Assembly: GCA_034226945.1 (NCBI GenBank)
Contig: CP120458.1
Coordinates: 62,001-126,000 of the forward strand
DNA length: 64,000 nt
Direction: 5' to 3'
Source of the DNA: Picochlorum sp. SENEW3
Lineage: Eukaryota
The notes beneath the pieces are model-generated. The model was not told the origin of the DNA, searched no databases, and worked only from the letters and a program-made list of their open reading frames with translations. Positions 21,498 through 34,497 of the stretch are shown here, piece after piece; position 1 is the first letter of the stretch; each line of letters opens with the position of its first letter. The position numbers and the translations under genes are program-made.

Positions 21498-24400
21498 ATG
21501 TCATCTAGACCTGCACCAGGTATTTTTCCAGTTCCTCAACCTCGGACTGCTTTCGGGAACGCGGTCAACAAGGAGGGAATCGAGCATGAAGATCCAAACA
21601 CCCCACTAATTCTATTGCAAGAAAATTTTGATAACTCAGCATCGCATGGAGCATCTCCAATTTTCTCACGTGAACACACGATTGTGGACAAGAGGAGATT
21701 TGATAAGTATCCATTTAACGCAAAATATTGTCGAATATATCTCACAGAAGACCCTCAAATATCGAAAATGCATTTCGAAGGATGCCAGGTACTGGAGTAT
21801 TCGGATGACGGGCACGGCATTCGGATTAAACAGAAACATAAAGAGGAATATTATGATATAAGGAATTCAGTTGTTAACTCCCTCATGTTTAATTTCACTG
21901 CACGACCTGGTGGGTATCATAAGCATGGCACTGGTTGGAAAAATTCCATGACTTATTTTGGTCCTCTGTCTCTTATACTAACTTCAAGTGTGGATCCAAA
22001 AACAGGTATTCAAGAGACTTGTGTTGGGCTCTTTGGGCCTGCAATCAAGATTGAAGATCAAATTGACAAAATGCAAAACATTGCCTTCGTATTTGACAAG
22101 ATCAACGAATTTGTGGACACATATGAAAGCACGAGTGATCGGACCTATGAAAAATACATAAAGTTTCTTCAGGAGAATCACAGCCCATGGGTAGCGGATT
22201 GGGAACACCATGGTTACATTTTTGAGCAAGGAGGCAGAGAGGGAAGTCACCACAGCTTGTACATCCCATTCACTGTTCTCCTCGAAAAATCCCTGTCCAT
22301 TGGAAACATCAGCCCGAATGAGGAACAATGGAACGAAACAGGATTGAGCATCTACACATTCTTATGGAAGGATGAGGAGCACACACAAAAATACCTTACA
22401 AAAGCATTTGCTTTCTCTCCCTGCAAGTTCAAAATCAAGAATAGCAAAATATTCTATTATTTTGAAAAGAAAAGAAAGAGTGAACGTGAAGAGCATGATG
22501 TACGTCATTGTTTGCAAGATCAATCATTTATTCATTAAGTATTAAGGATGCATATTTCTGTTTGTTTGTAGTTGCAAGAGAACCTTGAGAGAAGTTATCG
22601 ATTCATGCATTCTGACATTGAAAGGGTATTGAGAAATGAAATACCTGTCGAGAATAATGAAGAGGGACTCAAAGCGTTGCCTTACTTAAGGTTCTATGAA
22701 AGACATTTCACGAAGAGTGGTGGTAGGGACGGAAATTTCATGGAGATATTTGTACAGGTGAGTGTTTCTGTTGCACATAAGTCACTTAAAATTGCACTAA
22801 GTGTCTACATGGCATATATGTATCTACGTAGGATAACCTGCTCAACCACGACCCTGTAAGTGGCCAGGAGGAAATTGTGGACGTTCCAAATGAAAACAAA
22901 AAAACCAAAAAAACCAAAAAAAACAAAAAAAGCAACGCTTTGATAAGGTGTGTACCATGAAAATTATTAATATTGTTATTAATAATCGATTCAAAAACCT
23001 CTTCGATGTCCACTATTCATGAATCCTTTTCTTTGACGGGTATGTAGTTATATTAAATCGAGGAAGAAAAAATATCCAACCGCCGAGTTGACGCTACCAA
23101 ACGCCTCCTCTGCAGATGAGAAGAGTTTTTTGGAGATGCGGTCACTCGCAGTTCGATTAAACGAAGTGATAATAAAAGAAGGAAAGGAAAAACCGGGCAC
23201 CAAAATGCAACAGGAGTATAAAACATGGCCTTCCATATCTTTTTACAAGGGAAACAGGCTAATCCAAAGAAAGCAATTATCTGAGGTATCTATCAAAGAG
23301 GGTGGGACCACATGGAGTCTCGAGCAAATTTGGGACGCTGTACGCATTTAAAATGTTCTCAAGTTGTGGCGACGATACAATCATATTTTGGTTTGTACTT
23401 CAGGTTTTGAGGGAATTCTACGAGGTAGGAAGAAAAAAACGCACGACTCACGGAGCAAACGAAGACTTCTTTGGTATTGGTACCTGGGCAGGTTACAATT
23501 CAGGAGGACTTCGCGCACCATCTGTCGAAGGAGATGCTTTGGCTAAACAAATTGAAAACAAAAAGACTCTTATCCAGAATCAAATCAAGACAGGAAAGGA
23601 GAACACAGCGCTGCTATATAAAGCTTTCAAAAAGCTTGTGGAAGTGGGCAACACAGAGGGTGCACGATTGGACTTCGATTGTGAAGCCTTCGTAAAGCAA
23701 GTGCACGATTGGCCAGAAGGAAACCAGGTACCAGGTACCACATGGAAGAGAGTGCATTTGTTGCATGTGCCGAACGATTCAACTAATGCTGCCCCTCTTT
23801 TCACACACCAGCTTCGCTTACTGGAACTTTTTGGCTTTTTCAGGTATGATATTTGCATTCATGACAAGCAGATGATGAAAGATTTGAACAGGAAACAAAT
23901 CTTGCAGATTTGATGCAATTCTGTTGGACATAAACGGAGAGAATATACACGATATTAAAGATCCAAAAGTACGATTTAGCAAAGCTGATGAATATTGCAA
24001 GCAAATCTTGATAGAAAATGCCAATCTTGTCTGGAAGAACGAATTTGCCCCCAAGAAATTCAGGACATGGTACCTGAAGCAATGGCAAGGGGAAGCACAG
24101 CTGGACAAACTCCGTAAGGAATGGGAGGCAGGAGAGTGTCAGAATTGCGAAGGTCAGCGCCACCCACCAGAGGAGTGTCCCATCCATCTGCTGAGAGAGC
24201 ACGGCCTCGAGGAGGCTCAGGAGCAGGGAAGCGGGTCCTGTGCCTTGACAGCAATTGGATACCATCTCAGGTGCGTTTTGTTTTGCCACTGCGTGTCAGA
24301 TTCAGCGTGTAAGATGCCGTTGAAGGTTTGTTTAAATCATACCACATCAAAACACAAGAGGTCATGTTATCCCACCTTCCCCGTGCAGGATGATGTCAGT

Positions 24401-27400
24401 CTCCGTTGTCTGTAGAGCCTTGCCTAAGGGCCCAGAGATGGTGAAAGCTCTGCGGAAAGCCACTGTGCGTCATCTTCGGCAAAACCGTGACAAATATCAA
24501 GAAGGATTCGTGAAAGACAAGCAGTTGCTGAACATGGTGAGAGACAAGGCTTTCAAAAAATTGGACTTGAAAAAACTCAGTGAATCAGTCTTATCACACC
24601 TTGAAGGCCACGTGGATTGGGTTGTTAATGACTGCTTCTTGCAGGCGTTACTGGACGTCTTGACTCAAACTTTGAAACAGACATGCAAAATACGCATCTA
24701 CAACATGTGTTGCGCAGAAAAGCATGAGAAGCCATTCCAGGAGATTGTCATGGAGTCGAGTGGTTCTGGCAGTGTCATCACTTTTCCAGTGTTGTATTGC
24801 GGCGACCAGCGCTACGCTGCAGCAAAACCACCCAGTCCACCTGAAGGGAGATATTACTTGTCGCAAAGTGCTCAAGGAATTCAACCAAAGCCTATCGATG
24901 AGACAGATGCCATGTCTGACTTGGTTGCCGACCTGCTTTTAGGGTGTGCTGAATGTAAAGGTCAGTACCACATGCCAGAGAAGTGTCCCATCCATCTGCT
25001 GAGAGAGCACGGCCTCGAGGAGGCTCAGGAGCAGGGAAGCGGGTCCTGTGCCTTGACAGCAATTGGATACCATCTCAGGTGCGTTTTGTTTTGCCACTGC
25101 GTGTCAGATTCAGCGTGTAAGATGCCGTTGAAGGTTTGTTTAAATCATACCACATCAAAACACAAGAGGTCATGTTATCCCACCTTCCCCATGCAGGATG
25201 ATGTCAGTCTCCGTTGTCTGTAGAGCCTTGCCTAAGGGCCCAGAGATGGTGAAAGCTCTGCGGAAAGCCACTGTGCGTCATCTTCGGCAAAACCGTGACA
25301 AATATCAAGAAGGATTCGTGAAAGACAAGCAGTTGCTGAACATGGTGAGAGACAAGGCTTTCAAAAAATTGGACTTGGAAAAACTCAGTGAATCAGTCTT
25401 ATCACACCTTGAAGGCCACGTGGATTGGGTTGTTAATGACTGCTTCTTGCAGGCGTTACTGGACGTCTTGACTCAAACTTTGAAACAGACATGCAAAATA
25501 CGCATCTACAACATGTGTTGCGCAGAAAAGCATGAGAAGCCATTCCAGGAGATTGTCATGGAGTCGAGTGGTTCTGGCAGTGTCATCACTTTTCCAGTGT
25601 TGTATTGCGGCGACCAGCGCTACGCTGCAGCAAAACCACCCAGTCCACCTGAAGGGAGATATTACTTGTCGCAAAGTGCTCAAGGAATTCAACCAAAGCC
25701 TATCGATGAGACAGATGCCATGTCTGACTTGGTTGCCGACCTGCTTTTAGGGTGTGCTGAATGTAAAGGTCAGTACCACATGCCAGAGAAGTGTCCCATC
25801 CATCTGCTGAGAGAGCACGGCCTCGAGGAGGCTCAGGAGCAGGGAAGCGGGTCCTGTGCCTTGACAGCAATTGGATACCATCTCAGGTGCGTTTTGTTTT
25901 GCCACTGCGTGTCAGATTCAGCGTGTAAGATGCCGTTGAAGGTTTGTTTAAATCATACCACATCAAAACACAAGAGGTCATGTTATCCCACCTTCCCCGT
26001 GCAGGATGATGTCAGTCTCCGTTGTCTGTAGAGCCTTGCCTAAGGGCCCAGAGATGGTGAAAGCTCTGCGGAAAGCCACTGTGCGTCATCTTCGGCAAAA
26101 CCGTGACAAATATCAAGAAGGATTCGTGAAAGACAAGCAGTTGCTGAACATGGTGAGAGACAAGGCTTTCAAAAAATTGGACTTGAAAAAACTCAGTGAA
26201 TCAGTCTTATCACACCTTGAAGGCCACGTGGATTGGGTTGTTAATGACTGCTTCTTGCAGGCGTTACTGGACGTCTTGACTCAAACTTTGAAACAGACAT
26301 GCAAAATACGCATCTACAACATGTGTTGCGCAGAAAAGCATGAGAAGCCATTCCAGGAGATTGTCATGGAGTCGAGTGGTTCTGGCAGTGTCATCACTTT
26401 TCCAGTGTTGTATTGCGGCGACCAGCGCTACGCTGCAGCAAAACCACCCAGTCCACCTGAAGGGAGATATTACTTGTCGCAAAGTGCTCAAGGAATTCAA
26501 CCAAAGCCTATCGATGAGACAGATGCCATGTCTGACTTGGTTGCCGACCTGCTTTTAGGGTGTGCTGAATGTAAAGGTCAGTACCACATGCCAGAGAAGT
26601 GTCCCATCCATCTGCTGAGAGAGCACGGCCTCGAGGAGGCTCAGGAGCAGGGAAGCGGGTCCTGTGCCTTGACAGCAATTGGATACCATCTCAGGTGCGT
26701 TTTGTTTTGCCACTGCGTGTGAGATTCAGCGTGTAAGATGCCGTTGAAGGTTTGTTTAAATCATACCACATCAAAACACAAGAGGTCATCTAATCATGGC
26801 CACGTCTGGGGTTTGTAGACGGTATAGAGTACCTGTAATGGTTCACCCTATGGTGTGAACATCCTTAAGAACTTATTACAGTATCAATGTTACCATCTGT
26901 GTTACTTTTTGCAGGAGAATGGTCAGAGATGAACCTGTTGTCGATCAATGGCTGAAAAACCTACAAGGTCTGAACCTGGATTCCATGATTGGCAAACTTT
27001 CAGAATTATTTGAAGTCGTGCATATGAAAATTTTCACCAGGCATTACATCTTGCAATCAAGCGGAGAGCCTGCTTATGCGGACGCATTGCCGATAAAGTC
27101 TGTACCAGAGAACCCTGTCATGGCTGCAGGACAAAATAATTGGATTTGTCTTCCACTAGTCAGTCGCAACTTCCAGTATTCACCTTGTAAGGTGGTAGAT
27201 AACAAGTCATTCACACAATCATTCTATTATTCACTGTCCCATGGTGAAGACAATTTCCTTAAGGGTAAACTCATAGCTGTTGAGGCATCCAAGGATTTTC
27301 AATCTGCCATCCTGAACATGATGCAGAAGACGCTTCCACAGAAGTGCCAAATTTGTTTATTACCAAAGGAATCTGACCACAGTAGCGATGTTTGCTGGCA

Positions 27401-28269
27401 GCAGTGTTTGCAATATCTTGGTGTGGAAATAACTGGTGGGAAGAAGGAATCCTTTGAAAACGCTCTCTACTGCATCTTCAGGTATGGCAAAATTACTGAC
27501 CACCGCACTTAATATTTCCCCTAGATTTATTTTATTTATTGCATAAATGATGTATTTATATTGCAGGCAAATGGGGCTGGGTGGCATGCTGGGGACCAGT
27601 GATCATGGTTCAGAATTGTTCAAAAAAGCTGCTAATAAGTATACAGCAAACCAGAAAAAGGAACTCAAACGAAAAGTTTCCAGAAAAGTTGAGGACGACA
27701 AACGAAATAAAATATTGGAATATGCTGAGTTTCTGACATATATCCTACAAGAGAACTGTTGTATACATGTATACAAGCAATCCTCTACAAAGGTGTTAAA
27801 GAAGGAAAATGAATACCGGTCAGTGAATGCTATCAAAAGCAAGAAGACGATAGTGTTTCCCTGCGTGCAAGAAGGAGATATGTTCAGAGTCTTTCAACCT
27901 ATGTCAGGATTGCACGCAGATAGTCCAGAGTTTTGTTTTGTTCAGCACTCTGGAGGAGACAGACGTAGCCTTAAGAAGATATGGCGAGTCTGTGACGATC
28001 AAAAAGATTATATATCAACCATTAACCGATTATATGGTGCACTCAAGGAGGATGGACAAGACTTCTCAAACGATAGATCTCCAAACACCCATCCTAACAA
28101 AAAGCATAAGTCTTTTGTGACAGCCACGACTAGACCCGTTGATAAAAAGTTTCAGCAAGATCAAAATCTCCGAAAGGCACTTCGTGATGTTTTGGCTACG
28201 TACAAAGCAGATTCGCCTGAAAATAATCATTTGGTGGAGCAGATTGAAGTGCTATTAGATAGGTATTAA
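21498..28269 (+). CDS. Multi-exon MORC-like GHKL ATPase fused to ~5 zinc-knuckle + OTU-like modules
   Basis: GHKL boxes QENFDNS, YSDDGHG, GYHKHGTGWKNS and ETCVGLFG (cf. MORC ELxDN, DDGxG, GxYGNGFKTS, SIGLLS); S5-like FYKGNRLI. GT-AG introns join the ORF pieces in frame, e.g. 22500-22571, 23844-23907, 24271-24415, 27481-27566. Confidence 0.7.
24167..26789 (+). repeat. Intragenic tandem array of an 808-bp unit (~3.25 copies): 663-bp exon + 145-bp intron
   Basis: ORF starts 24390, 25198 and 26006 are 808 bp apart; units differ by only a few SNPs. Confidence 0.95.
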
Positions 28270-29164
28270 GGACATTCACCACACACACACGACATCTCCA
28301 CCAAGAGACTGTGGGCCCCTCCACAGCCAAAGGAATTAATTAATCACATATTTTTTGTTGTTAGAGTCTTCTACATGAGCATGAACGGGCTGTCTGAAAT
28401 GAAATTCAACAGCTTTCTAAAAAACTACTAACATCACACAGCATTGATGCTGTACACTTACAAGAAACTCACCAATCAACACAGGCTAAACAACATAGGA
28501 TGGTGGGCCTACGCCAGCTGCTTGAGCATGTGCTTCGCAGGATGGTTCTGTTGCATCATCAATTTCTGGTATATCATAAATTACAGGTATTAAAACCATC
28601 GCCTGGGCTGAGGGGAAGCAGGGGTGAATGAGGAAGGAATCACTGCATCGGTGCTCAACCTCACGAACTTTCCCATGGGAACCTTCCATGTCCCATGCAG
28701 TTGTGAGGATACTCTCAGTTGGTGCAATGGCTGAGGATCAAGATTTGCAGCAAGGGTCGAATCGAGACGCAAAATCTCCCATCAAGAGCTCCCATGGCAG
28801 AAGTTTCTTTGAGGACATCCCATTCAAAGAAATTGGATCCTTGCGAAATTGTTGTTAACACGGGTTTTGACACACCAACAACCCCAAACAAGAGGACAGC
28901 TTTCAGGTGATGGTTTCTTTCTTTTTTCCTTCGCACTCATTCTCGACAGTTCCATAGTATGTAAACAATGTTACAAAGAGCTTTTGAAGCATAAGTTGTG
29001 GTACGCTCTTGTGGAACTACTATTGCTTGATGCTTTGCAGCATGCCGTTTCAGACGCGTCAGCATCATTTGCATCGAGGTCACGCGCATGGGAAACTAGG
29101 CTAAAAACTATACCCGCCGGTGGGCCGACCAGGTATCCGTCGGGTCACCTCATCGAGTGACACT

Positions 29165-29747
29165 TAGAGTTGGGCGATAGCGTGGTCCGGAATTTACACG
29201 CTATCGACCGATAGCGTGGTTTTGTCAATATCATCGGTCAAATTGACATTTGATGGGAAGTTATAGATTAGATCGATAGCGTCACACGCTATCGCCAAGC
29301 TATCGCCACGAAATATGACGTTGCATTAGCTTTTCATTGAATGTTAAGTTCTTATACCATAATAATGATAGTTTGGTGTACCCTGGTCGAAGTTACAGCA
29401 ACGATAGACCAGATATACAGCACTGGAGAGTCCATATCACTTCAGTCATCCCCACGTTGACTGCCACCTACTGGACGAGTTTTTGGGCTTGATAAGGCAT
29501 TCTGAGAGACCAGAGAGGCTTTTCTAGAGAATTGCTGTCACCGGCAGCATTCTGATAGTCTTCTGATATGGAAATGGTGGGACATGGAAATTCAGTGTAC
29601 AATGCCATATTTGGTCTTCTCCTACCATCTCATCAAAAGAACTCTTTGATGGGAGTCCCAAAAAATCACACGCTATCGGTCCAAAATTTCCACGCTATGC
29701 TATCGTAGCATAGCGTGGATGGGCGATAGCGTGAAATCCCAACTCTA
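29165..29747. mobile_element. hAT-type MITE (583 bp)
   Basis: TIRs TAGAGTTGGG / CCCAACTCTA; 8-bp TSD GTGACACT (29157..29164, 29748..29755); many subterminal CGATAGCGTG/CACGCTATCG repeats. Confidence 0.93.
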
Positions 29748-29783
29748 GTGACACTCGCGTGGCTTTCGTTTGTGCGGCCCGCA

Positions 29784-31613
29784 ATGGCAGCAGAAATGGC
29801 TTTAAAATATTTAAAACATCGCAACAAAACGCTCGAAAGTGCACGAGAGGCCAAGGAGCGGCGCAGAACCGGCCTCCCGGGAGCCCATTGTTACACGCGT
29901 TCTCGAGTTTCACTGCGTGCAATTAAACGCTCTTCGCCCGTTTCATACTACTAAAGTCAGTTAATAACTGATATATTTGCAGCCTCATGAATCTGGAGTA
30001 TCGTGTAGCGCATATGCCGGGGCATTTGGAAGACCCCGATGTTCGTCGCGACTTCCAGCGCCGCACGCGGAAAATGGAGGCTGTAATGAAGAAATGGGAG
30101 AGAGAGATATCGAAATTGATCCGCAAAGGCTTACACGAGATGTCTCGTGAGCACAAGCGGCTGTTCAGCAAAGATGAAAGGGGCCTGGTGAGCATCCCTG
30201 ACTTTTTGGGTGTTTTGACCTGGCCGGACCACAAATCCACGGTAATTCGCAGCTCTTTGTATCAAAATGGTATGTATGATTGTATGAACGTGTAGTGGTG
30301 GCCACGATCGAGGCCTGTGGGTAGCACAAGCCCACACCAAGGTGTTCATGTTGTGGGTGACCTGCTAGCTTCTGTGCAGGTTTGAGAAAGGAGTATGCCG
30401 AGCGAGTTGCGAGCGAATGCGAGTCTCTCCACCGATATCATTGCGATTTGCAGTGTAACATTCATCAAGAACGGTTTGTCATGGTGGATCAAGGGGTAAA
30501 GGATGATGAGGAAACTCTGAAGGCTCTGATTGACATCAAGGTCCATAAGCTGAGAGAGCACGCTAAGAGGGCAATGAAAGAGGCTGCAACGGAGACTAAT
30601 AGAGGTATGTGAATTTCTATTATCTTGATAGCAGCTTGCAGATACGGAATCAAGGCCAAACAGGGTTGAGGGCTGCACTAGACTGCTAGCCCATTGTGGC
30701 CTGCCTGAGATGAGATGAAATGAGTCTCTCACAAAGCATTCGTCTTCTTGCTGCAGTTCTTTCCTCTACAGATATCCATGTTGCCGTTACTAGCGCCACT
30801 AAGTTGCACATTAGACAATCGGAATGCGATGGTGGGTGTGAAAGGTGCACATTGGCAAGGCAACATGCATCATGGCCAGAGCAAGTTCCCTTCATTTGCT
30901 ATTCTGCCTTATCCAAGGCTCAAATAAACATACTAATAGAGCATTTTCGTCGCCTTGACAAAGATTTGTGGTACGAAACCAAGGGAATTGAACAAGAGGA
31001 AGAGGAGGGGGCAGGCATCATGACTCAGGTAGCAGAGGACATGGGAAGACATGGCCCTGACCCGCACCATATCCGAAGAACGTTTGAGGCTTATTTTGAT
31101 GATAGGCATAATTCATTCAGTGCGCCCTCGGACCGGCATGCGCCGCAACAAGACGGCAGAGGAAGTGACAACCTGCACCTGGGTGCAGATGTGGTTCTCC
31201 CAGCAGCTGGTGGAGGTACGGCCCCCATGGAGCTCGCGCTGGGATTGCATCCCGAACAGAACGAAGTATTAAATGATTTTGTAGAGGGGTCGATGGATAT
31301 CAATGCGGTTGCAACCCAAGAAATGGCACCTGTGAGTGCTGAACAGCATCCTGCTGCAGGTAACATCCATGCTGGACAGCATGCCCCACCATCTATCGAG
31401 AGAGCGCTACCATCTGGCCCGGAGGAGAACATTATAATTGATGGAAGTGTAGAGCAAGTTACTGCCCTCAATCCGCGCGGCGGGGATCGTGACCAGCTTG
31501 AAGAGGCTGAGCCATCACTTGCCACTGCAGAACAGGTAGCACCCAGGGGGCGAGGAAGGCCACGTGGTAGCCTCACAAAGAGGCGTGGTAGGCTCAAAAA
31601 ACGAAAACAATAG
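29784..31613 (+). CDS. Probable multi-exon gene ending in an AT-hook and basic NLS; exon structure uncertain
   Basis: Successive plus-strand ORFs separated by GT..AG gaps; C-terminus PRGRGRPRGSLTKRRGRLKKRKQ. Confidence 0.5.
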
Positions 31614-33031
31614 AATCAGGGTGCTTGAATGACCTGTGCTCTCCTAAAGGATGGGAGGAACGCATCTCATGCGCCAGAACGACTTGGGGTAGTTGGGCAA
31701 GGTGATGAGAAGGCGAGAAATGTGCGAGGTTTGGCCATGACCTGCTCCACAGCGAATGCCCAATTGAATCTAAATTAATTTTATATTTCATTGATGCGGC
31801 AATGCGTGGTTAGATCTTCTCCACGGGAATTTCAGAACTTGAACGCACATTTCCAACATCGGAGAACGTGTCAGTGACGGGGCGTCTGCCTTGTCCTGGT
31901 ATTGAGGGCGCAAGAATTTAGATTCATAATACTAAAAGATGTCATCGCAATTATCCCGCACCAATATGTGCGCCAGCAGAGGCAGTTCTCGTCAGGTGGG
32001 GGATCTCCATGCCTGTTTTGCGACATGTTGTCGTCTTTTGGGCACGCATGCAAGGAACGCAATTCAATAATACGCGTCTCCAAAGGATCTTTATTAAAAA
32101 CTTAATCTAAATTTGGGATCTGATGCGAGGTTCGGGTTCGCTGTGACGCGACATTGCTCGGAGAGTTGGATGGAGCAATATCAGCCCCGAGAGCACAGGT
32201 TGCACAATTGATGTTCATCACAAGCATCAATATCCAAACCATGCTCTCGCGCACCCAAATATGGCTTGGAGACTTTGTCCAGTACTTCGCCCAGGTAGTG
32301 CTCCGACAGAACCTCTAGGTATTCATGCATTTCTCTCTCCGAGTCACTTAATGTCACTTCGAAAACCACGGCATTCTCGAGCTTGTCTTTGGATATAAAC
32401 ATGACCAACCCCAGGGCGGAGCGCCCGAGTCTACCTGCAAGAGCTCCGAGACCTGCATAAGATGCAGTCTCAACATCATGAGATCCTTGCAGTGCTTTGG
32501 AAGCGCCTCTGGCCCTACTCCGTCGCTCAGCTCGTAAATATCCATCGGGATGACTCGGTCCTCATTTGATATACCAGCCTTTGGAAGAATTATTGCTGAT
32601 GGGCGCGCAACAATATATGGATACCTCTCATGTGGTACAAATCCATGAGAGCACAAGACATACTCTGGCAGTTCACTCAGTGAGACAAAGTCGTTTCCAT
32701 TGGGCACAGCGATCCCCGCCTTGTCCTTCAAGAACCACCTCAGATAAACGTGCAAATTGTCGTTTGTGAATGCTGAAATCGGCTTGTGGTGCTTGTGCGC
32801 CTGCCGCAACCGTCTGTAATATGGCTTCATAGAAATGGTGAAAATATCTGCCACTTCCACTCTGCAACTCATGAGCTCAGAGTGCAGATCTGGTCCGAGA
32901 ACTTCAAATATAGTGTTGTTAGAGTCACGAACATTCCAGGGAACGATACAAAGATCCCTGAGTTGCCTATCTTGGGTCTCTGACCATGAACTGGGGCGCT
33001 CGATCCCCGTCTCTTCTAAATGTTCAGTCAT
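31594..33031 (-). pseudogene. Degenerate YqaJ/lambda-exonuclease-like gene with a Cys-rich tail; frameshift near 32410
   Basis: CSHGFVPHERYPYIVARPSAII resembles YqaJ CGLxxHPxYPYLGASPDGLV; downstream VMFISK..VFEV..LSEHYLGEVLDKV resembles the YqaJ C-terminal helix. The catalytic Asp is absent. Confidence 0.45.
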
Positions 33032-33142
33032 GGCGAATCTTAAAAACGATTATATGATAGTAATCACCGATAATATTTATCTGTCGCAATGCTTTGTAGC
33101 GTACGGAGATTTTACGCGGGATTCGAAATTTGAACTCCCTAT

Positions 33143-33300
33143 CCGGGAGGCCCTCATTTGGGCCGATTTTGGCTTTTGGGGAAATGAGGGATTCCCGGCT
33201 GTAGCTGGGAGGCCCTCATTTGGGGGGCTCAAAATGGCCGATTTTGGAGGGTCCAAATCCGGGCCTGCGAGATCTATCTGGGAGGCCCGGATCGTATGTC
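33143..33300. repeat. 158-bp transposon terminus, copy 2
   Basis: Same length as and highly similar to 2355..2512; abuts the Gypsy-2 LTR. Confidence 0.75.
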
Positions 33301-33528
33301 TGTTAGCTATTCATTTGCAATAGCTTGAGCTCAGACTGCTTGGGCAGGAACTCAATGATATAGGTTCAGAACACGTGTGTGCGTTCTATCACTTTAGATG
33401 TTAGTACAAGTTACAATAGTTACTTGCTTATATATCTTCGTTGACTGTTATTGTCGTCGCAATGCTTATATACCTTGGCAACCATCATGAGTAAATGGCT
33501 GTTCTAATTTAGATGATTTAAGACGTAA

Positions 33529-34313
33529 GGGCGGATCAACTCGATTGTGGGTTTTCTATTAGTGACTTCCAAAAAATCCTATGGGGGAGCGGGGCGTCTT
33601 TTAATAATTGATAATTTGATAAAGGTGCCAATCTGGCATCCAATCGCCTCTTAAAACCTCTGAATCAATGCGTATGCATATCCTAGTGCACAAACATAAC
33701 AAACATGGTCGCTTGGCTGATCCTGTGTGGAGGAATCTTGCCTGGATCACTGTCCATAACATGTCCTCTGTACGAGCCTTGTGCCCCAAAGCCCCGGCGA
33801 ATTTTGCGAGGTTCATCATCCCCAAATACTCTCATGATACATCAAGATAGACAGCATCTGCATTTGGCATTCGATTTCTCGCCAGATACGAGAGAGATGT
33901 CGACACAGTGCAAAATTCAAGCATCCTCTGACCATGTCCTTTCCATTCAATGTGATTTCAGCTGTTTCCTTCGCCTCAAACCCAATTTGTTGGTTCAATA
34001 TCTCAAAAAGGCGTCCAATATGTTTTATGCTTGGAATATCCTTGGAAATGGACCCACTTCGGGTTGTCTCTGTGACAGATCTGAAGCTGAGGTGCAGATC
34101 CAGGCTCTGCCGTATTCTATCATTATTGAGGCTTGCCCCGGGTACCTAATGACATTTGTCGGCGTGTAGGATGTTTGAATGCATCGCAAGGGTTGGTTAA
34201 AGCCCACGTAGAGTGGATTTGGCTCAAATTATCACTTTACAAAATCAGGTCCAATTCTGAGAAAATCCTATGGGCGGGGCTAATAGAAAACCCACAATCG
34301 AGTTGATCCGCCC
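33529..34313. mobile_element. PIF/Harbinger (Tourist-like) non-autonomous element, 785 bp
   Basis: Perfect 34-bp TIR GGGCGGATCAACTCGATTGTGGGTTTTCTATTAG; TAA TSD (33526..33528, 34314..34316); removing it restores the LTR end AGACGTAACA. Confidence 0.93.
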
Positions 34314-34497
34314 TAACATTCTTCCCTAACTTCAAATGCAAACGTCCACGCTTTGCTAAAGACAATGAGAAGTGACAATCCACAGGAAAAGAAAACCTTG
34401 TTGGAAAAAGAAGACCATATGGATGTCTGGAATGAATTTTTAATTGCTGTGCATTCTTCCTATGCAACAGAGAATGATGTCCACACTCATTCAAAAC

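Noticed and set aside
23844..23907. HDKQ resembling the MORC S5 motif PAHDKQ
   Set aside because: It falls in a predicted GT-AG intron needed to reach the next exon's frame, so it was not used as evidence.
24167..26789. Repeat array as CRISPR or satellite
   Set aside because: The units are 808-bp coding exon+intron duplications with no spacers.
28486..29160. Short ORFs between the MORC-like gene and the hAT MITE
   Set aside because: Fragmentary on both strands with no motif; a gene cannot be supported.
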